A program made the position numbers and the translations under genes. The notes under the pieces are model-generated. The model was not told the origin of the DNA and searched no databases. It worked only from the letters and a program-made list of their open reading frames with translations. 64,000 nt of DNA from Escherichia coli (lineage in GTDB: Bacteria > Pseudomonadota > Gammaproteobacteria > Enterobacterales > Enterobacteriaceae): the NCBI RefSeq assembly GCF_003334255.1, contig NZ_QOWU01000012.1; one strand, written 5' to 3'. Every line of letters begins with the position of its first letter. The stretch's first letter is position 1. Positions 22,527 through 33,328 of the stretch are shown in pieces.

Positions 22527-22552
22527 GCGGCGCTTATGCGCCGTTTTTTTTT
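22527..22552 (+). terminator. Rho-independent terminator after pspE
   Basis: GCGGCGC-TTAT-GCGCCG stem-loop followed by nine T residues. Confidence 0.85.
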
Positions 22553-22696
22553 CTGTCACACCTTATTTACATCCCCATAGATTATTTGCGTCAGCTCACA
22601 AATACGCTTTTTCCCTGGTAAAAAATGATTTCCTGCGTGACTAAAACCCTTGTGCTCAATTGACAGTTTATTTTCTGCGGAGTAGTCTCTCGTTTC

Positions 22697-22711
22697 ATGG
22701 GACCGCTACCA
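22697..22711. promoter_or_regulatory. LacI-family operator candidate (YcjW site) upstream of ycjM
   Basis: ATGGGACCGCTACCA. The core TGGGACCGCTACCA fits the LacI/GalR pattern TGnnAnCGnTnnCA. An identical 15-mer recurs at 32625-32639. Confidence 0.6.
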
Positions 22712-22723
22712 CGGAAAGGCAAC

Positions 22724-24403
22724 ATGAAACAGAAAATTACGGATTACCTGGACGAAATCTACGGTGGAACATTTACCGCAACTCATTTACAGAAACTTGT
22801 AACGCGTCTTGAGAGTGCGAAACGATTAATTACACAGCGACGTAAAAAACACTGGGATGAAAGTGATGTCGTGTTAATTACCTATGCCGATCAATTTCAC
22901 AGCAATGATTTAAAACCATTACCCACATTTAATCAGTTTTACCATCAATGGCTGCAAAGCATTTTTTCACATGTTCATTTGTTGCCGTTTTATCCATGGT
23001 CATCTGATGATGGCTTTTCGGTAATTGATTATCATCAGGTCGCCAGTGAAGCGGGGGAGTGGCAGGATATTCAGCAACTCGGTGAATGCAGTCATTTAAT
23101 GTTTGATTTTGTCTGCAACCATATGTCGGCAAAAAGTGAATGGTTTAAAAACTATTTACAACAGCATCCAGGTTTTGAAGATTTTTTTATTGCCGTTGAC
23201 CCGCAAACCGATCTCAGCGCCGTCACTCGCCCGCGTGCGTTACCGTTATTAACGCCATTCCAGATGCGCGATCATTCAACGCGCCATTTATGGACCACCT
23301 TTAGTGACGATCAAATTGACCTGAATTACCGTAGCCCTGAAGTGTTGCTGGCGATGGTGGATGTTTTACTCTGTTACCTTGCGAAAGGTGCTGAGTATGT
23401 CCGCCTGGATGCCGTTGGCTTTATGTGGAAAGAGCCGGGAACAAGCTGCATCCATCTGGAAAAAACACATCTGATTATCAAACTGTTACGGTCGATTATT
23501 GATAACGTTGCGCCAGGTACAGTGATCATTACCGAGACCAATGTTCCGCATAAAGACAACATTGCTTACTTTGGCGCAGGCGATGACGAAGCACATATGG
23601 TGTACCAGTTCTCGCTGCCGCCACTGGTGCTGCATGCGGTGCAAAAACAGAACGTTGAGGCGCTTTGTGCGTGGGCGCAAAACCTGACACTACCTTCCAG
23701 CAACACCACCTGGTTTAACTTCCTCGCCTCTCACGATGGCATCGGGCTAAACCCGCTACGGGGCTTGTTGCCTGAAAGCGAAATATTAGAGCTGGTCGAG
23801 GCGTTACAGCAGGAAGGTGCATTAGTAAACTGGAAAAATAATCCCGACGGTACACGCAGTCCGTATGAAATAAATGTGACCTATATGGATGCGTTAAGCC
23901 GCCGTGAGAGTAGCGATGAAGAACGTTGCGCCAGGTTTATCCTTGCCCATGCGATTTTGTTAAGTTTCCCCGGTGTGCCAGCGATATATATTCAAAGTAT
24001 TCTTGGCTCGCGTAATGATTACGCAGGTGTCGAAAAACTCGGATATAACCGTGCGATTAACCGTAAAAAATATCACAGTAAAGAGATAACCCGAGAACTG
24101 AACGATGAAGCTACATTAAGGCATGCGGTATATCATGAGTTGTCGCGTTTAATTACACTTCGTCGCAGCCATAACGAGTTTCATCCGGATAATAATTTTA
24201 CCATTGATACGATTAATTCATCCGTAATGCGTATTCAAAGAAGTAACGCTGATGGTAATTGTCTGACTGGATTGTTTAATGTCAGTAAAAATATTCAGCA
24301 TGTAAATATTACTAATCTGCATGGTCGGGATCTGATTAGTGAAGTTGATATATTGGGTAATGAAATAACGCTGCGCCCCTGGCAGGTTATGTGGATTAAA
24401 TAA
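22724..24403 (+). CDS. ycjM: Glucosylglycerate phosphorylase (GH13 sucrose-phosphorylase-like)
   Basis: ORF track 22697..24403. The ATG at 22724 (MKQKITDYLDEIYGGTFTATHLQKL) gives 559 aa. Recognised as YcjM. Confidence 0.92.
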   Translation: MKQKITDYLDEIYGGTFTATHLQKLVTRLESAKRLITQRRKKHWDESDVVLITYADQFHSNDLKPLPTFNQFYHQWLQSIFSHVHLLPFYPWSSDDGFSVIDYHQVASEAGEWQDIQQLGECSHLMFDFVCNHMSAKSEWFKNYLQQHPGFEDFFIAVDPQTDLSAVTRPRALPLLTPFQMRDHSTRHLWTTFSDDQIDLNYRSPEVLLAMVDVLLCYLAKGAEYVRLDAVGFMWKEPGTSCIHLEKTHLIIKLLRSIIDNVAPGTVIITETNVPHKDNIAYFGAGDDEAHMVYQFSLPPLVLHAVQKQNVEALCAWAQNLTLPSSNTTWFNFLASHDGIGLNPLRGLLPESEILELVEALQQEGALVNWKNNPDGTRSPYEINVTYMDALSRRESSDEERCARFILAHAILLSFPGVPAIYIQSILGSRNDYAGVEKLGYNRAINRKKYHSKEITRELNDEATLRHAVYHELSRLITLRRSHNEFHPDNNFTIDTINSSVMRIQRSNADGNCLTGLFNVSKNIQHVNITNLHGRDLISEVDILGNEITLRPWQVMWIK

Positions 24404-24416
24404 AAAGGAACATCTC

Positions 24417-25709
24417 ATGATTAAATCAAAAATCGTGCTGTTATCAGCACTGGTTTCATGCGCCCTGATTTCAGGCTGTAAAGAAGAAAATAAAACGAAT
24501 GTATCCATCGAATTTATGCATTCTTCGGTGGAGCAGGAGCGCCAGGCCGTTATCAGAAAATTGATTGCCCGTTTTGAAAAAGAAAACCCTGGCATCACCG
24601 TTAAGCAAGTGCCCGTGGAAGAAGATGCTTATAACACTAAAGTCATTACTCTTTCACGTAGCGGTTCGCTGCCGGAAGTGATCGAAACCAGCCATGACTA
24701 CGCCAAAGTGATGGACAAAGAGCAGCTTATCGATCGCAAAGCGGTTGCCACAGTCATCAGCAACGTTGGTGAAGGCGCGTTTTACGATGGCGTACTGCGT
24801 ATTGTGCGTACCGAAGATGGTAGCGCATGGACCGGTGTTCCTGTCAGCGCCTGGATTGGCGGTATCTGGTATCGCAAAGATGTGCTGGCAAAAGCGGGGC
24901 TTGAGGAGCCGAAAAACTGGCAACAGCTGCTGGACGTTGCACAGAAACTGAATGACCCGGCGAATAAAAAATACGGCATTGCGCTGCCTACAGCAGAAAG
25001 CGTGTTGACGGAACAATCCTTCTCCCAGTTTGCGTTATCCAACCAGGCTAACGTCTTTAACGCCGAAGGCAAAATCACCCTTGATACACCAGAGATGATG
25101 CAGGCACTGACCTATTACCGCGACCTTGCTGCCAACACTATGCCGGGTTCTAACGACATCATGGAAGTGAAAGACGCCTTTATGAACGGCACCGCGCCGA
25201 TGGCGATTTACTCCACCTATATCCTTCCGGCTGTGATTAAAGAAGGCGACCCGAAAAACGTCGGTTTCGTGGTGCCAACCGAGAAAAACTCTGCGGTCTA
25301 CGGCATGTTGACCTCGCTGACCATTACCGCCGGGCAAAAGACCGAAGAGACGGAAGCAGCAGAAAAATTTGTCACCTTTATGGAGCAGGCAGACAACATT
25401 GCCGACTGGGTGATGATGTCGCCAGGTGCTGCGCTGCCGGTGAATAAAGCGGTGGTGACTACCGCCACCTGGAAAGACAACGACGTTATTAAGGCGCTGG
25501 GTGAACTACCGAATCAGCTAATCGGTGAACTGCCAAATATTCAGGTTTTTGGCGCAGTAGGGGATAAAAACTTTACCCGCATGGGTGATGTGACGGGTTC
25601 TGGCGTGGTGAGTTCAATGGTGCATAACGTCACCGTGGGTAAAGCCGATCTCTCTACTACGCTGCAAGCGAGCCAGAAAAAACTGGATGAACTGATCGAA
25701 CAGCACTAA
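24417..25709 (+). CDS. ycjN: Sugar ABC transporter periplasmic binding lipoprotein
   Basis: 430-aa ORF with the lipobox LISGC. Recognised as YcjN. Confidence 0.93.
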   Translation: MIKSKIVLLSALVSCALISGCKEENKTNVSIEFMHSSVEQERQAVIRKLIARFEKENPGITVKQVPVEEDAYNTKVITLSRSGSLPEVIETSHDYAKVMDKEQLIDRKAVATVISNVGEGAFYDGVLRIVRTEDGSAWTGVPVSAWIGGIWYRKDVLAKAGLEEPKNWQQLLDVAQKLNDPANKKYGIALPTAESVLTEQSFSQFALSNQANVFNAEGKITLDTPEMMQALTYYRDLAANTMPGSNDIMEVKDAFMNGTAPMAIYSTYILPAVIKEGDPKNVGFVVPTEKNSAVYGMLTSLTITAGQKTEETEAAEKFVTFMEQADNIADWVMMSPGAALPVNKAVVTTATWKDNDVIKALGELPNQLIGELPNIQVFGAVGDKNFTRMGDVTGSGVVSSMVHNVTVGKADLSTTLQASQKKLDELIEQH

Positions 25710-25729
25710 ACCCAGGACAGGAATCCGCA

Positions 25730-26611
25730 ATGAACAGGCTTTTTTCAGGTCGTTCCGATATGCCCTTTGCGCTGCTGCTTCTCGCGCCCAGCTTATTACT
25801 GCTGGGCGGTCTGGTGGCGTGGCCGATGGTGTCGAATATCGAAATCAGTTTTTTACGTCTGCCGCTCAATCCCAACATCGAGTCAATGTTTGTTGGGGTG
25901 AGCAACTATGTGCGTATCCTCTCCGATCCCGGCTTCTGGCATTCGCTGTGGATGACGGTCTGGTATACCGCGCTGGTGGTGGCGGGCAGCACCGTGCTCG
26001 GGCTGGCGGTGGCGATGTTTTTCAACCGCGAGTTCCGCCTGCGCAAAACCGCGCGTTCGCTGGTGATCCTCTCCTACGTAACGCCGTCCATTTCGCTGGT
26101 GTTCGCCTGGAAATACATGTTCAACAACGGCTACGGCATTGTTAACTACCTCGGCGTCGATCTTCTGCATCTCTATGAGCAGGCACCGCTGTGGTTCGAT
26201 AATCCGGGCAGTAGCTTTGTGCTGGTGGTGCTGTTCGCCATCTGGCGCTACTTCCCGTATGCCTTTATCTCGTTTCTGGCGATTTTGCAGACCATCGACA
26301 AATCGCTGTACGAAGCGGCAGAGATGGATGGCGCTAATGCCTGGCAACGGTTTCGTATCGTCACGCTGCCCGCAATTATGCCGGTCCTGGCGACGGTGGT
26401 GACACTGCGCACCATCTGGATGTTCTACATGTTCGCGGATGTTTATTTGCTGACGACCAAGGTCGATATTCTCGGTGTATATCTCTACAAAACCGCCTTT
26501 GCCTTTAATGATTTAGGAAAAGCGGCGGCGATCTCGGTGGTGCTCTTCATCATTATTTTCGCTGTCATTCTGCTGACCAGGAAACGGGTGAACCTCAATG
26601 GCAACAAATAA
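25730..26611 (+). CDS. ycjO: Sugar ABC transporter permease (MalF-like)
   Basis: 293-aa multi-TM ORF, recognised as YcjO. Confidence 0.93.
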   Translation: MNRLFSGRSDMPFALLLLAPSLLLLGGLVAWPMVSNIEISFLRLPLNPNIESMFVGVSNYVRILSDPGFWHSLWMTVWYTALVVAGSTVLGLAVAMFFNREFRLRKTARSLVILSYVTPSISLVFAWKYMFNNGYGIVNYLGVDLLHLYEQAPLWFDNPGSSFVLVVLFAIWRYFPYAFISFLAILQTIDKSLYEAAEMDGANAWQRFRIVTLPAIMPVLATVVTLRTIWMFYMFADVYLLTTKVDILGVYLYKTAFAFNDLGKAAAISVVLFIIIFAVILLTRKRVNLNGNK

Positions 26612-27440
26612 ACGCACACTCAGTCGCATCGGTTTTTACTGCGGGCTGGCGCTGTTTCTCATCATCACGCTGTTTCCATTTTTTGTGATGCTGATGACCT
26701 CGTTCAAGGGCGCGAAAGAGGCGATCTCACTGCATCCTACGCTGCTGCCGCAGCAGTGGACGCTGGAGCATTACGTCGACATTTTTAACCCGATGATTTT
26801 CCCGTTTGTCGACTACTTCCGTAACAGTCTGGTGGTGTCTGTGGTTTCATCCGTGGTGGCGGTATTCCTCGGCATTCTTGGGGCTTACGCGCTTTCCCGC
26901 CTGCGCTTTAAAGGTCGGATGACCATCAACGCCAGCTTTTACACGGCGTATATGTTCTCTGGCATTTTGCTGGTGGTGCCGCTTTTCAAAATCATCACCG
27001 CGCTTGGCATTTACGACACTGAGATGGCGCTGATCATCACCATGGTGACGCAAACTCTGCCCACCGCCGTGTTTATGCTGAAAAGCTACTTCGACACCAT
27101 CCCCGATGAGATCGAAGAAGCGGCGATGATGGATGGCCTCAACCGTCTGCAAATTATCTTCCGCATCACCGTGCCGTTGGCGATGTCCGGGCTGATATCC
27201 GTGTTCGTCTACTGCTTTATGGTGGCGTGGAACGACTATCTGTTTGCGTCGATTTTCCTCTCCAGCGCCAGCAATTTCACCTTACCGGTGGGCCTGAACG
27301 CGCTGTTCAGTACGCCAGATTACATCTGGGGACGGATGATGGCGGCCTCACTGGTGACCGCATTGCCGGTGGTGATTATGTATGCGCTTTCGGAACGTTT
27401 TATTAAGAGTGGTTTGACCGCCGGTGGCGTGAAGGGCTAA
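26598..27440 (+). CDS. ycjP: Sugar ABC transporter permease (MalG-like)
   Basis: 280-aa multi-TM ORF overlapping the ycjO end by 14 nt. Recognised as YcjP. Confidence 0.93.
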   Translation: MATNKRTLSRIGFYCGLALFLIITLFPFFVMLMTSFKGAKEAISLHPTLLPQQWTLEHYVDIFNPMIFPFVDYFRNSLVVSVVSSVVAVFLGILGAYALSRLRFKGRMTINASFYTAYMFSGILLVVPLFKIITALGIYDTEMALIITMVTQTLPTAVFMLKSYFDTIPDEIEEAAMMDGLNRLQIIFRITVPLAMSGLISVFVYCFMVAWNDYLFASIFLSSASNFTLPVGLNALFSTPDYIWGRMMAASLVTALPVVIMYALSERFIKSGLTAGGVKG

Positions 27441-27470
27441 AGCGGCCAGTTTCTTTACAAGGAGTTTTAA

Positions 27471-28523
27471 ATGAAAAAGTTAGTAGCCACAGCACCGCGT
27501 GTTGCTGCGCTGGTTGAGTATGAAGATCGGGCGATTTTAGCTAATGAAGTGAAGATCCGCGTGCGTTTCGGCGCACCGAAACACGGAACGGAAGTGGTCG
27601 ACTTCCGCGCCGCCAGCCCGTTTATTGATGAAGACTTTAACGGCGAATGGCAGATGTTCACTCCGCGTCCGGCAGATGCGCCGCGCGGCATTGAGTTTGG
27701 CAAATTCCAGCTTGGCAACATGGTGGTTGGCGACATTATCGAGTGCGGCAGCGACGTTACCGACTACGCGGTGGGCGACAGCGTATGCGGCTACGGCCCG
27801 CTCTCCGAGACGGTCATCATTAACGCAGTGAATAACTACAAGCTGCGCAAAATGCCGCAAGGCAGCTCCTGGAAAAACGCCGTCTGCTACGACCCGGCGC
27901 AGTTTGCCATGAGCGGCGTGCGCGATGCCAACGTGCGCGTAGGGGATTTTGTGGTGGTGGTAGGGCTTGGCGCAATCGGTCAAATTGCCATCCAACTGGC
28001 TAAACGCGCTGGCGCTTCTGTGGTGATTGGCGTCGATCCTATCGCCCATCGCTGTGATATTGCCCGTCGCCACGGCGCGGATTTCTGCCTTAACCCCATC
28101 GGCACTGATGTAGGTAAAGAGATCAAAACGCTGACCGGCAAGCAGGGTGCCGATGTGATTATCGAAACCAGCGGCTACGCCGACGCGCTGCAATCGGCGC
28201 TCCGCGGTCTGGCTTATGGCGGCACCATCTCCTATGTCGCGTTTGCCAAGCCGTTTGCCGAAGGTTTTAACCTCGGACGCGAAGCGCATTTCAATAACGC
28301 CAAAATTGTCTTCTCTCGCGCGTGCAGCGAACCGAACCCGGATTATCCGCGCTGGAGCCGCAAGCGTATTGAAGAAACCTGTTGGGAACTGCTGATGAAC
28401 GGTTATCTCAATTGCGAAGATTTAATCGACCCGGTGGTGACCTTTGCCAATAGCCCGGAAAGCTATATGCAGTATGTCGACCAGCATCCGGAACAGAGCA
28501 TCAAAATGGGCGTTACGTTTTAA
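27471..28523 (+). CDS. ycjQ: Zn-dependent medium-chain dehydrogenase (D-guloside 3-dehydrogenase)
   Basis: 350-aa ORF with the Rossmann motif VVVGLGAIGQ. Recognised as YcjQ. Confidence 0.92.
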   Translation: MKKLVATAPRVAALVEYEDRAILANEVKIRVRFGAPKHGTEVVDFRAASPFIDEDFNGEWQMFTPRPADAPRGIEFGKFQLGNMVVGDIIECGSDVTDYAVGDSVCGYGPLSETVIINAVNNYKLRKMPQGSSWKNAVCYDPAQFAMSGVRDANVRVGDFVVVVGLGAIGQIAIQLAKRAGASVVIGVDPIAHRCDIARRHGADFCLNPIGTDVGKEIKTLTGKQGADVIIETSGYADALQSALRGLAYGGTISYVAFAKPFAEGFNLGREAHFNNAKIVFSRACSEPNPDYPRWSRKRIEETCWELLMNGYLNCEDLIDPVVTFANSPESYMQYVDQHPEQSIKMGVTF

Positions 28524-28541
28524 TTCAAAGGAATGAAAAAA

Positions 28542-29330
28542 ATGAAAATCGGCACACAGAATCAGGCGTTCTTTCCGGAAAACATTCTGGAGAAATTTCG
28601 TTATATCAAAGAGATGGGCTTCGATGGTTTTGAGATTGACGGCAAACTGCTGGTCAACAACATCGAAGAAGTCAAAGCGGCGATCAAAGAAACCGGTTTA
28701 CCGGTGACCACCGCCTGCGGTGGCTATGACGGCTGGATTGGTGACTTTATCGAAGAGCGTCGTCTTAATGGCTTAAAGCAGATCGAACGCATTCTCGAAG
28801 CGCTGGCAGAAGTGGGCGGTAAAGGTATCGTCGTTCCGGCAGCGTGGGGCATGTTTACCTTCCGCTTACCGCCGATGACTTCACCGCGTAGTCTGGACGG
28901 CGACCGCAAAATGGTGAGTGATTCCCTGCGCGTACTGGAGCAGGTCGCCGCGCGTACCGGAACCGTGGTGTATCTCGAACCGTTAAACCGCTATCAGGAT
29001 CATATGATCAACACCCTCGCCGATGCTCGTCGTTACATCGTCGAAAACAATCTTAAACATGTGCAGATTATCGGGGATTTCTATCACATGAACATCGAAG
29101 AAGATAACCTGGCGCAGGCGCTGCACGACAACCGTGACTTGCTCGGTCATGTGCATATTGCCGATAACCATCGTTACCAGCCGGGCAGCGGCACCCTCGA
29201 TTTCCACGCGCTGTTTGAACAGCTGCGCGCCGATAACTATCAGGGTTATGTGGTGTATGAAGGGCGTATCCGGGCAGAAGATCCTGCCCAGGCGTACCGT
29301 GATTCGTTGGCCTGGTTGCGTACCTGCTAA
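28542..29330 (+). CDS. ycjR: Xylose-isomerase-like TIM-barrel epimerase (3-keto-D-guloside 4-epimerase)
   Basis: ORF track 28533..29330. The ATG at 28542 (MKIGTQNQAFFPENILEKFRYIKEMGFDGFEI) gives 262 aa. Confidence 0.9.
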   Translation: MKIGTQNQAFFPENILEKFRYIKEMGFDGFEIDGKLLVNNIEEVKAAIKETGLPVTTACGGYDGWIGDFIEERRLNGLKQIERILEALAEVGGKGIVVPAAWGMFTFRLPPMTSPRSLDGDRKMVSDSLRVLEQVAARTGTVVYLEPLNRYQDHMINTLADARRYIVENNLKHVQIIGDFYHMNIEEDNLAQALHDNRDLLGHVHIADNHRYQPGSGTLDFHALFEQLRADNYQGYVVYEGRIRAEDPAQAYRDSLAWLRTC

Positions 29331-29339
29331 GAGGTCTTT

Positions 29340-30395
29340 GTGAAAAGTGCAATGACAAGCTCTCCGCTGCGGGTCGCGATAATAGGCGCAGGCCAGGTTG
29401 CGGATAAGGTCCATGCTTCGTACTACTGCACCCGCAACGATCTGGAACTGGTGGCTGTCTGTGACAGCCGCCTTTCCCAGGCGCAGGCGCTGGCAGAAAA
29501 ATACGGGAATGCATCCGTGTGGGACGATCCGCAGGCCATGCTGCTGGCGGTGAAACCTGACGTGGTTAGCGTCTGCTCACCTAATCGTTTTCATTACGAA
29601 CATACCCTGATGGCGCTTGAAGCGGGCTGCCATGTGATGTGCGAAAAACCGCCCGCCATGACGCCAGGTCAGGCGCGGGAAATGTGCGATACCGCGCGCA
29701 AACAGGGCAAGGTGCTGGCCTACGACTTTCACCATCGTTTTGCGCTCGATACGCAACAGCTGCGTGAACAGGTGACCAACGGCGTTTTGGGAGAGATTTA
29801 CGTTACCACCGCCCGCGCCCTGCGTCGCTGCGGCGTTCCCGGCTGGGGTGTCTTTACCAATAAAGAACTGCAGGGTGGTGGCCCGCTGATCGACATCGGC
29901 ATTCATATGCTGGATGCTGCGATGTATGTGCTGGGCTTTCCGGCGGTGAAAAGCGTGAATGCGCATAGCTTTCAAAAGATCGGCACGCAAAAGAGCTGTG
30001 GTCAATTTGGTGAGTGGGATCCGGCAACTTACAGCGTCGAAGATTCGCTGTTTGGCACCATTGAATTTCATAACGGCGGCATTCTGTGGCTGGAAACGTC
30101 ATTTGCACTCAACATCCGCGAACAGTCGATTATGAACGTCAGCTTTTGTGGTGATAAAGCTGGTGCGACGCTGTTTCCAGCACATATCTACACCGATAAC
30201 AACGGTGAATTAATGACGCTGATGCAACGGGAAATGGCAGACGACAACCGCCATTTGCGCAGCATGGAAGCCTTTATCAATCACGTACAGGGCAAGCCCG
30301 TGATGATAGCCGACGCCGAGCAGGGGTACATCATCCAGCAACTGGTGGCGGCGTTGTATCAATCCGCAGAAACAGGGACGCGTGTGGAATTATGA
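29340..30395 (+). CDS. ycjS: Gfo/Idh/MocA-family oxidoreductase (D-glucoside 3-dehydrogenase)
   Basis: 351-codon ORF with a GTG start and the N-terminal Rossmann motif RVAIIGAGQVA. Recognised as YcjS. Confidence 0.9.
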   Translation: MKSAMTSSPLRVAIIGAGQVADKVHASYYCTRNDLELVAVCDSRLSQAQALAEKYGNASVWDDPQAMLLAVKPDVVSVCSPNRFHYEHTLMALEAGCHVMCEKPPAMTPGQAREMCDTARKQGKVLAYDFHHRFALDTQQLREQVTNGVLGEIYVTTARALRRCGVPGWGVFTNKELQGGGPLIDIGIHMLDAAMYVLGFPAVKSVNAHSFQKIGTQKSCGQFGEWDPATYSVEDSLFGTIEFHNGGILWLETSFALNIREQSIMNVSFCGDKAGATLFPAHIYTDNNGELMTLMQREMADDNRHLRSMEAFINHVQGKPVMIADAEQGYIIQQLVAALYQSAETGTRVEL

Positions 30396-32659
30396 CCAGG
30401 CCAGTAACGTTATCAGAACCCCATTTCAGCCAGCATACCCTGAACAAGTATGCATCGCTGATGGCGCAGGGGAACGGCTATCTTGGGCTTCGCGCCAGCC
30501 ATGAAGAAGATTACACGCGCCAGACGCGAGGGATGTATCTGGCGGGGCTGTATCATCGGGCGGGAAAAGGTGAAATCAACGAACTGGTGAACCTGCCTGA
30601 TGTCGTGGGGATGGAGATTGCCATAAATGGTGAGGTTTTCTCGTTATCCCACGAAGCCTGGCAGCGTGAGCTTGACTTTGCCAGTGGCGAATTACGCCGC
30701 AATGTTGTCTGGCGTACCAGCAACGGCTCAGGTTACACCATCGCCAGCCGTCGCTTTGTTTCGGCAGACCAACTGCCGCTCATTGCGCTGGAAATCACTA
30801 TTACGCCACTGGACGCCGACGCGTCAGTGCTGATTTCAACAGGCATTGACGCCACGCAAACCAATCACGGTCGCCAACATCTCGACGAAACCCAGGTGCG
30901 GGTGTTTGGTCAGCATCTGATGCAGGGGAGCTACACCACCCAGGATGGACGCAGTGATGTGGCCATCAGCTGTTGCTGTAAGGTGAGCGGTGATGTGCAG
31001 CAATGCTATACCGCCAAAGAGCGCCGTTTACTGCAACATACCAGTGCGCAGCTTCATGCAGGCGAGACAATGACGTTGCAAAAACTGGTGTGGATCGACT
31101 GGCGGGATGACAGGCAAGCTGCTTTAGACGAGTGGGGCAGCGCGTCGCTTCGCCAGCTTGAAATGTGCGCGCAGCAGAGTTACGACCAACTTCTTGCAGC
31201 ATCAACAGAAAACTGGCGTCAATGGTGGCAGAAACGTCGTATCACGGTAAATGGCGGCGAAGCGCACGATCAGCAAGCGTTAGATTATGCGCTTTATCAT
31301 CTGCGCATCATGACGCCTGCCCACGACGAGCGCAGCAGCATTGCGGCAAAAGGCTTAACCGGCGAAGGCTACAAAGGCCACGTTTTCTGGGATACAGAAG
31401 TATTTTTGTTACCGTTTCATCTGTTTAGCGATCCGACGGTTGCCCGAAGTTTACTGCGTTATCGCTGGCACAACTTGCCAGGCGCGCAGGAGAAAGCGCG
31501 ACGCAACGGCTGGCAGGGCGCGCTATTTCCGTGGGAAAGCGCGCGCAGCGGCGAAGAAGAGACGCCGGAATTTGCCGCCATTAACATTCGCACCGGGCTG
31601 CGGCAAAAAGTGGCCTCGGCGCAGGCGGAACATCATCTGGTGGCCGATATCGCCTGGGCGGTTATTCAATACTGGCAGACCACGGGGGATGAAAGTTTCA
31701 TTGCGCATGAAGGCATGGCGCTACTTCTGGAGACGGCAAAGTTCTGGATTAGCCGCGCGGTGAGAGTTAACGATCGTCTGGAAATTCATGATGTTATTGG
31801 GCCAGACGAATATACCGAACATGTCAATAATAATGCATACACCAGCTATATGGCCCGCTACAACGTTCAACAGGCGCTGAATATTGCCCGCCAGTTCGGC
31901 TGTAGCGACGATGCGTTTATCCATCGCGCCGAAATGTTCCTCAAAGAGCTATGGATGCCAGAAATTCAGCCCGACGGCGTTTTGCCGCAGGATGATTCGT
32001 TTATGGCTAAGCCGGCGATTAATCTGGCGAAATACAAAGCGGCGGCGGGGAAGCAAACCATACTGCTGGATTATTCACGCGCAGAAGTGAACGAGATGCA
32101 GATCCTCAAACAAGCTGATGTGGTGATGCTCAATTACATGCTGCCGGAGCAGTTCTCAGCGGCATCGTGTCTTGCCAATCTGCAATTTTATGAACCGCGC
32201 ACTATTCACGACTCGTCATTAAATAAAGCAATCCACGGCATTGTTGCCGCACGCTGTGGCCTGCTGACCCAAAGTTATCAGTTCTGGCGCGAGGGGACTG
32301 AAATCGATCTTGGTGCTGATCCGCATAGTTGTGATGATGGTATCCATGCTGCCGCAACTGGCGCTATCTGGCTGGGGGCGATTCAGGGTTTTGCCGGGGT
32401 GAGCGTGCGTGACGGTGAATTGCATCTCAATCCGGCGTTACCTGAGCAGTGGCAACAGTTGTCTTTCCCTCTGTTCTGGCAGGGCTGCGAATTACAGGTC
32501 ACTCTTGACGCGCAGCGTATTGCGATTCGAACTTCTGCGCCCGTTTCACTGCGTTTGAACGGTCAGCTTATAACCGTGGCTGAAGAATCTGTTTTCTGTT
32601 TGGGTGATTTTATTTTGCCCTTCAATGGGACCGCTACCAAACATCAGGAGGATGAATGA
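30392..32659 (+). CDS. ycjT: Kojibiose phosphorylase (GH65)
   Basis: 755-aa ORF with a 4-nt overlap with ycjS. Recognised as YcjT. Confidence 0.93.
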   Translation: MTRPVTLSEPHFSQHTLNKYASLMAQGNGYLGLRASHEEDYTRQTRGMYLAGLYHRAGKGEINELVNLPDVVGMEIAINGEVFSLSHEAWQRELDFASGELRRNVVWRTSNGSGYTIASRRFVSADQLPLIALEITITPLDADASVLISTGIDATQTNHGRQHLDETQVRVFGQHLMQGSYTTQDGRSDVAISCCCKVSGDVQQCYTAKERRLLQHTSAQLHAGETMTLQKLVWIDWRDDRQAALDEWGSASLRQLEMCAQQSYDQLLAASTENWRQWWQKRRITVNGGEAHDQQALDYALYHLRIMTPAHDERSSIAAKGLTGEGYKGHVFWDTEVFLLPFHLFSDPTVARSLLRYRWHNLPGAQEKARRNGWQGALFPWESARSGEEETPEFAAINIRTGLRQKVASAQAEHHLVADIAWAVIQYWQTTGDESFIAHEGMALLLETAKFWISRAVRVNDRLEIHDVIGPDEYTEHVNNNAYTSYMARYNVQQALNIARQFGCSDDAFIHRAEMFLKELWMPEIQPDGVLPQDDSFMAKPAINLAKYKAAAGKQTILLDYSRAEVNEMQILKQADVVMLNYMLPEQFSAASCLANLQFYEPRTIHDSSLNKAIHGIVAARCGLLTQSYQFWREGTEIDLGADPHSCDDGIHAAATGAIWLGAIQGFAGVSVRDGELHLNPALPEQWQQLSFPLFWQGCELQVTLDAQRIAIRTSAPVSLRLNGQLITVAEESVFCLGDFILPFNGTATKHQEDE
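32625..32639. promoter_or_regulatory. Second copy of the LacI-family operator candidate, inside the 3' end of ycjT
   Basis: ATGGGACCGCTACCA is identical to 22697-22711. It lies 17 nt upstream of the ycjU start. Confidence 0.55.
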
Positions 32660-33315
32660 AACTGCAAGGGGTAATTTTCGATCTGGATGGTGTAATCACC
32701 GATACCGCGCATCTGCATTTCCAGGCGTGGCAGCAGATTGCCGCTGAAATTGGCATCAGCATTGATGCGCAGTTTAACGAATCCCTAAAAGGGATCAGCC
32801 GCGATGAGTCTCTGCGGCGCATTCTGCAACACGGGGGCAAAGAGGGCGACTTTAACTCGCAGGAGAGGGCGCAACTGGCGTATCGCAAAAATCTGCTCTA
32901 TGTCCACTCACTACGCGAGTTGACGGTCAACGCTGTTCTACCCGGCATTCGCTCTTTGCTGGCAGATCTCCGTGCACAGCAGATCTCGGTTGGGCTGGCT
33001 TCTGTCTCCCTGAATTCGCCGACGATTTTAGCGGCGCTGGAGCTGCGCGAGTTTTTCACCTTCTGCGCGGATGCTTCCCAACTTAAAAACTCGAAACCGG
33101 ACCCGGAAATCTTTCTCGCCGCCTGTGCAGGGCTGGGCGTGCCGCCGCAGGCATGTATCGGCATTGAAGATGCGCAGGCGGGCATTGACGCCATTAACGC
33201 CAGCGGTATGCGCTCGGTGGGGATCGGCGCGGGCTTAACCGGGGCGCAATTACTGTTGCCTTCAACGGAATCACTCACCTGGCCGCGGTTATCGGCCTTC
33301 TGGCAAAACGTATAG
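32656..33315 (+). CDS. ycjU: Beta-phosphoglucomutase (HAD superfamily)
   Basis: 219-aa ORF with HAD motif [11 protein letters not shown]. Recognised as YcjU/PgmB. Confidence 0.94.
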   Translation: MKLQGVIFDLDGVITDTAHLHFQAWQQIAAEIGISIDAQFNESLKGISRDESLRRILQHGGKEGDFNSQERAQLAYRKNLLYVHSLRELTVNAVLPGIRSLLADLRAQQISVGLASVSLNSPTILAALELREFFTFCADASQLKNSKPDPEIFLAACAGLGVPPQACIGIEDAQAGIDAINASGMRSVGIGAGLTGAQLLLPSTESLTWPRLSAFWQNV

Positions 33316-33328
33316 CAAAGGAATCAAC

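Noticed and set aside
27537-28289. 250-codon minus-strand ORF opposite ycjQ
   Set aside because: It is a shadow ORF inside a recognised dehydrogenase gene, with low-complexity Ala/Arg/Gly-rich sequence.
29577-30071. 164-codon minus-strand ORF opposite ycjS
   Set aside because: It is a shadow ORF within a recognised Gfo/Idh/MocA oxidoreductase gene.
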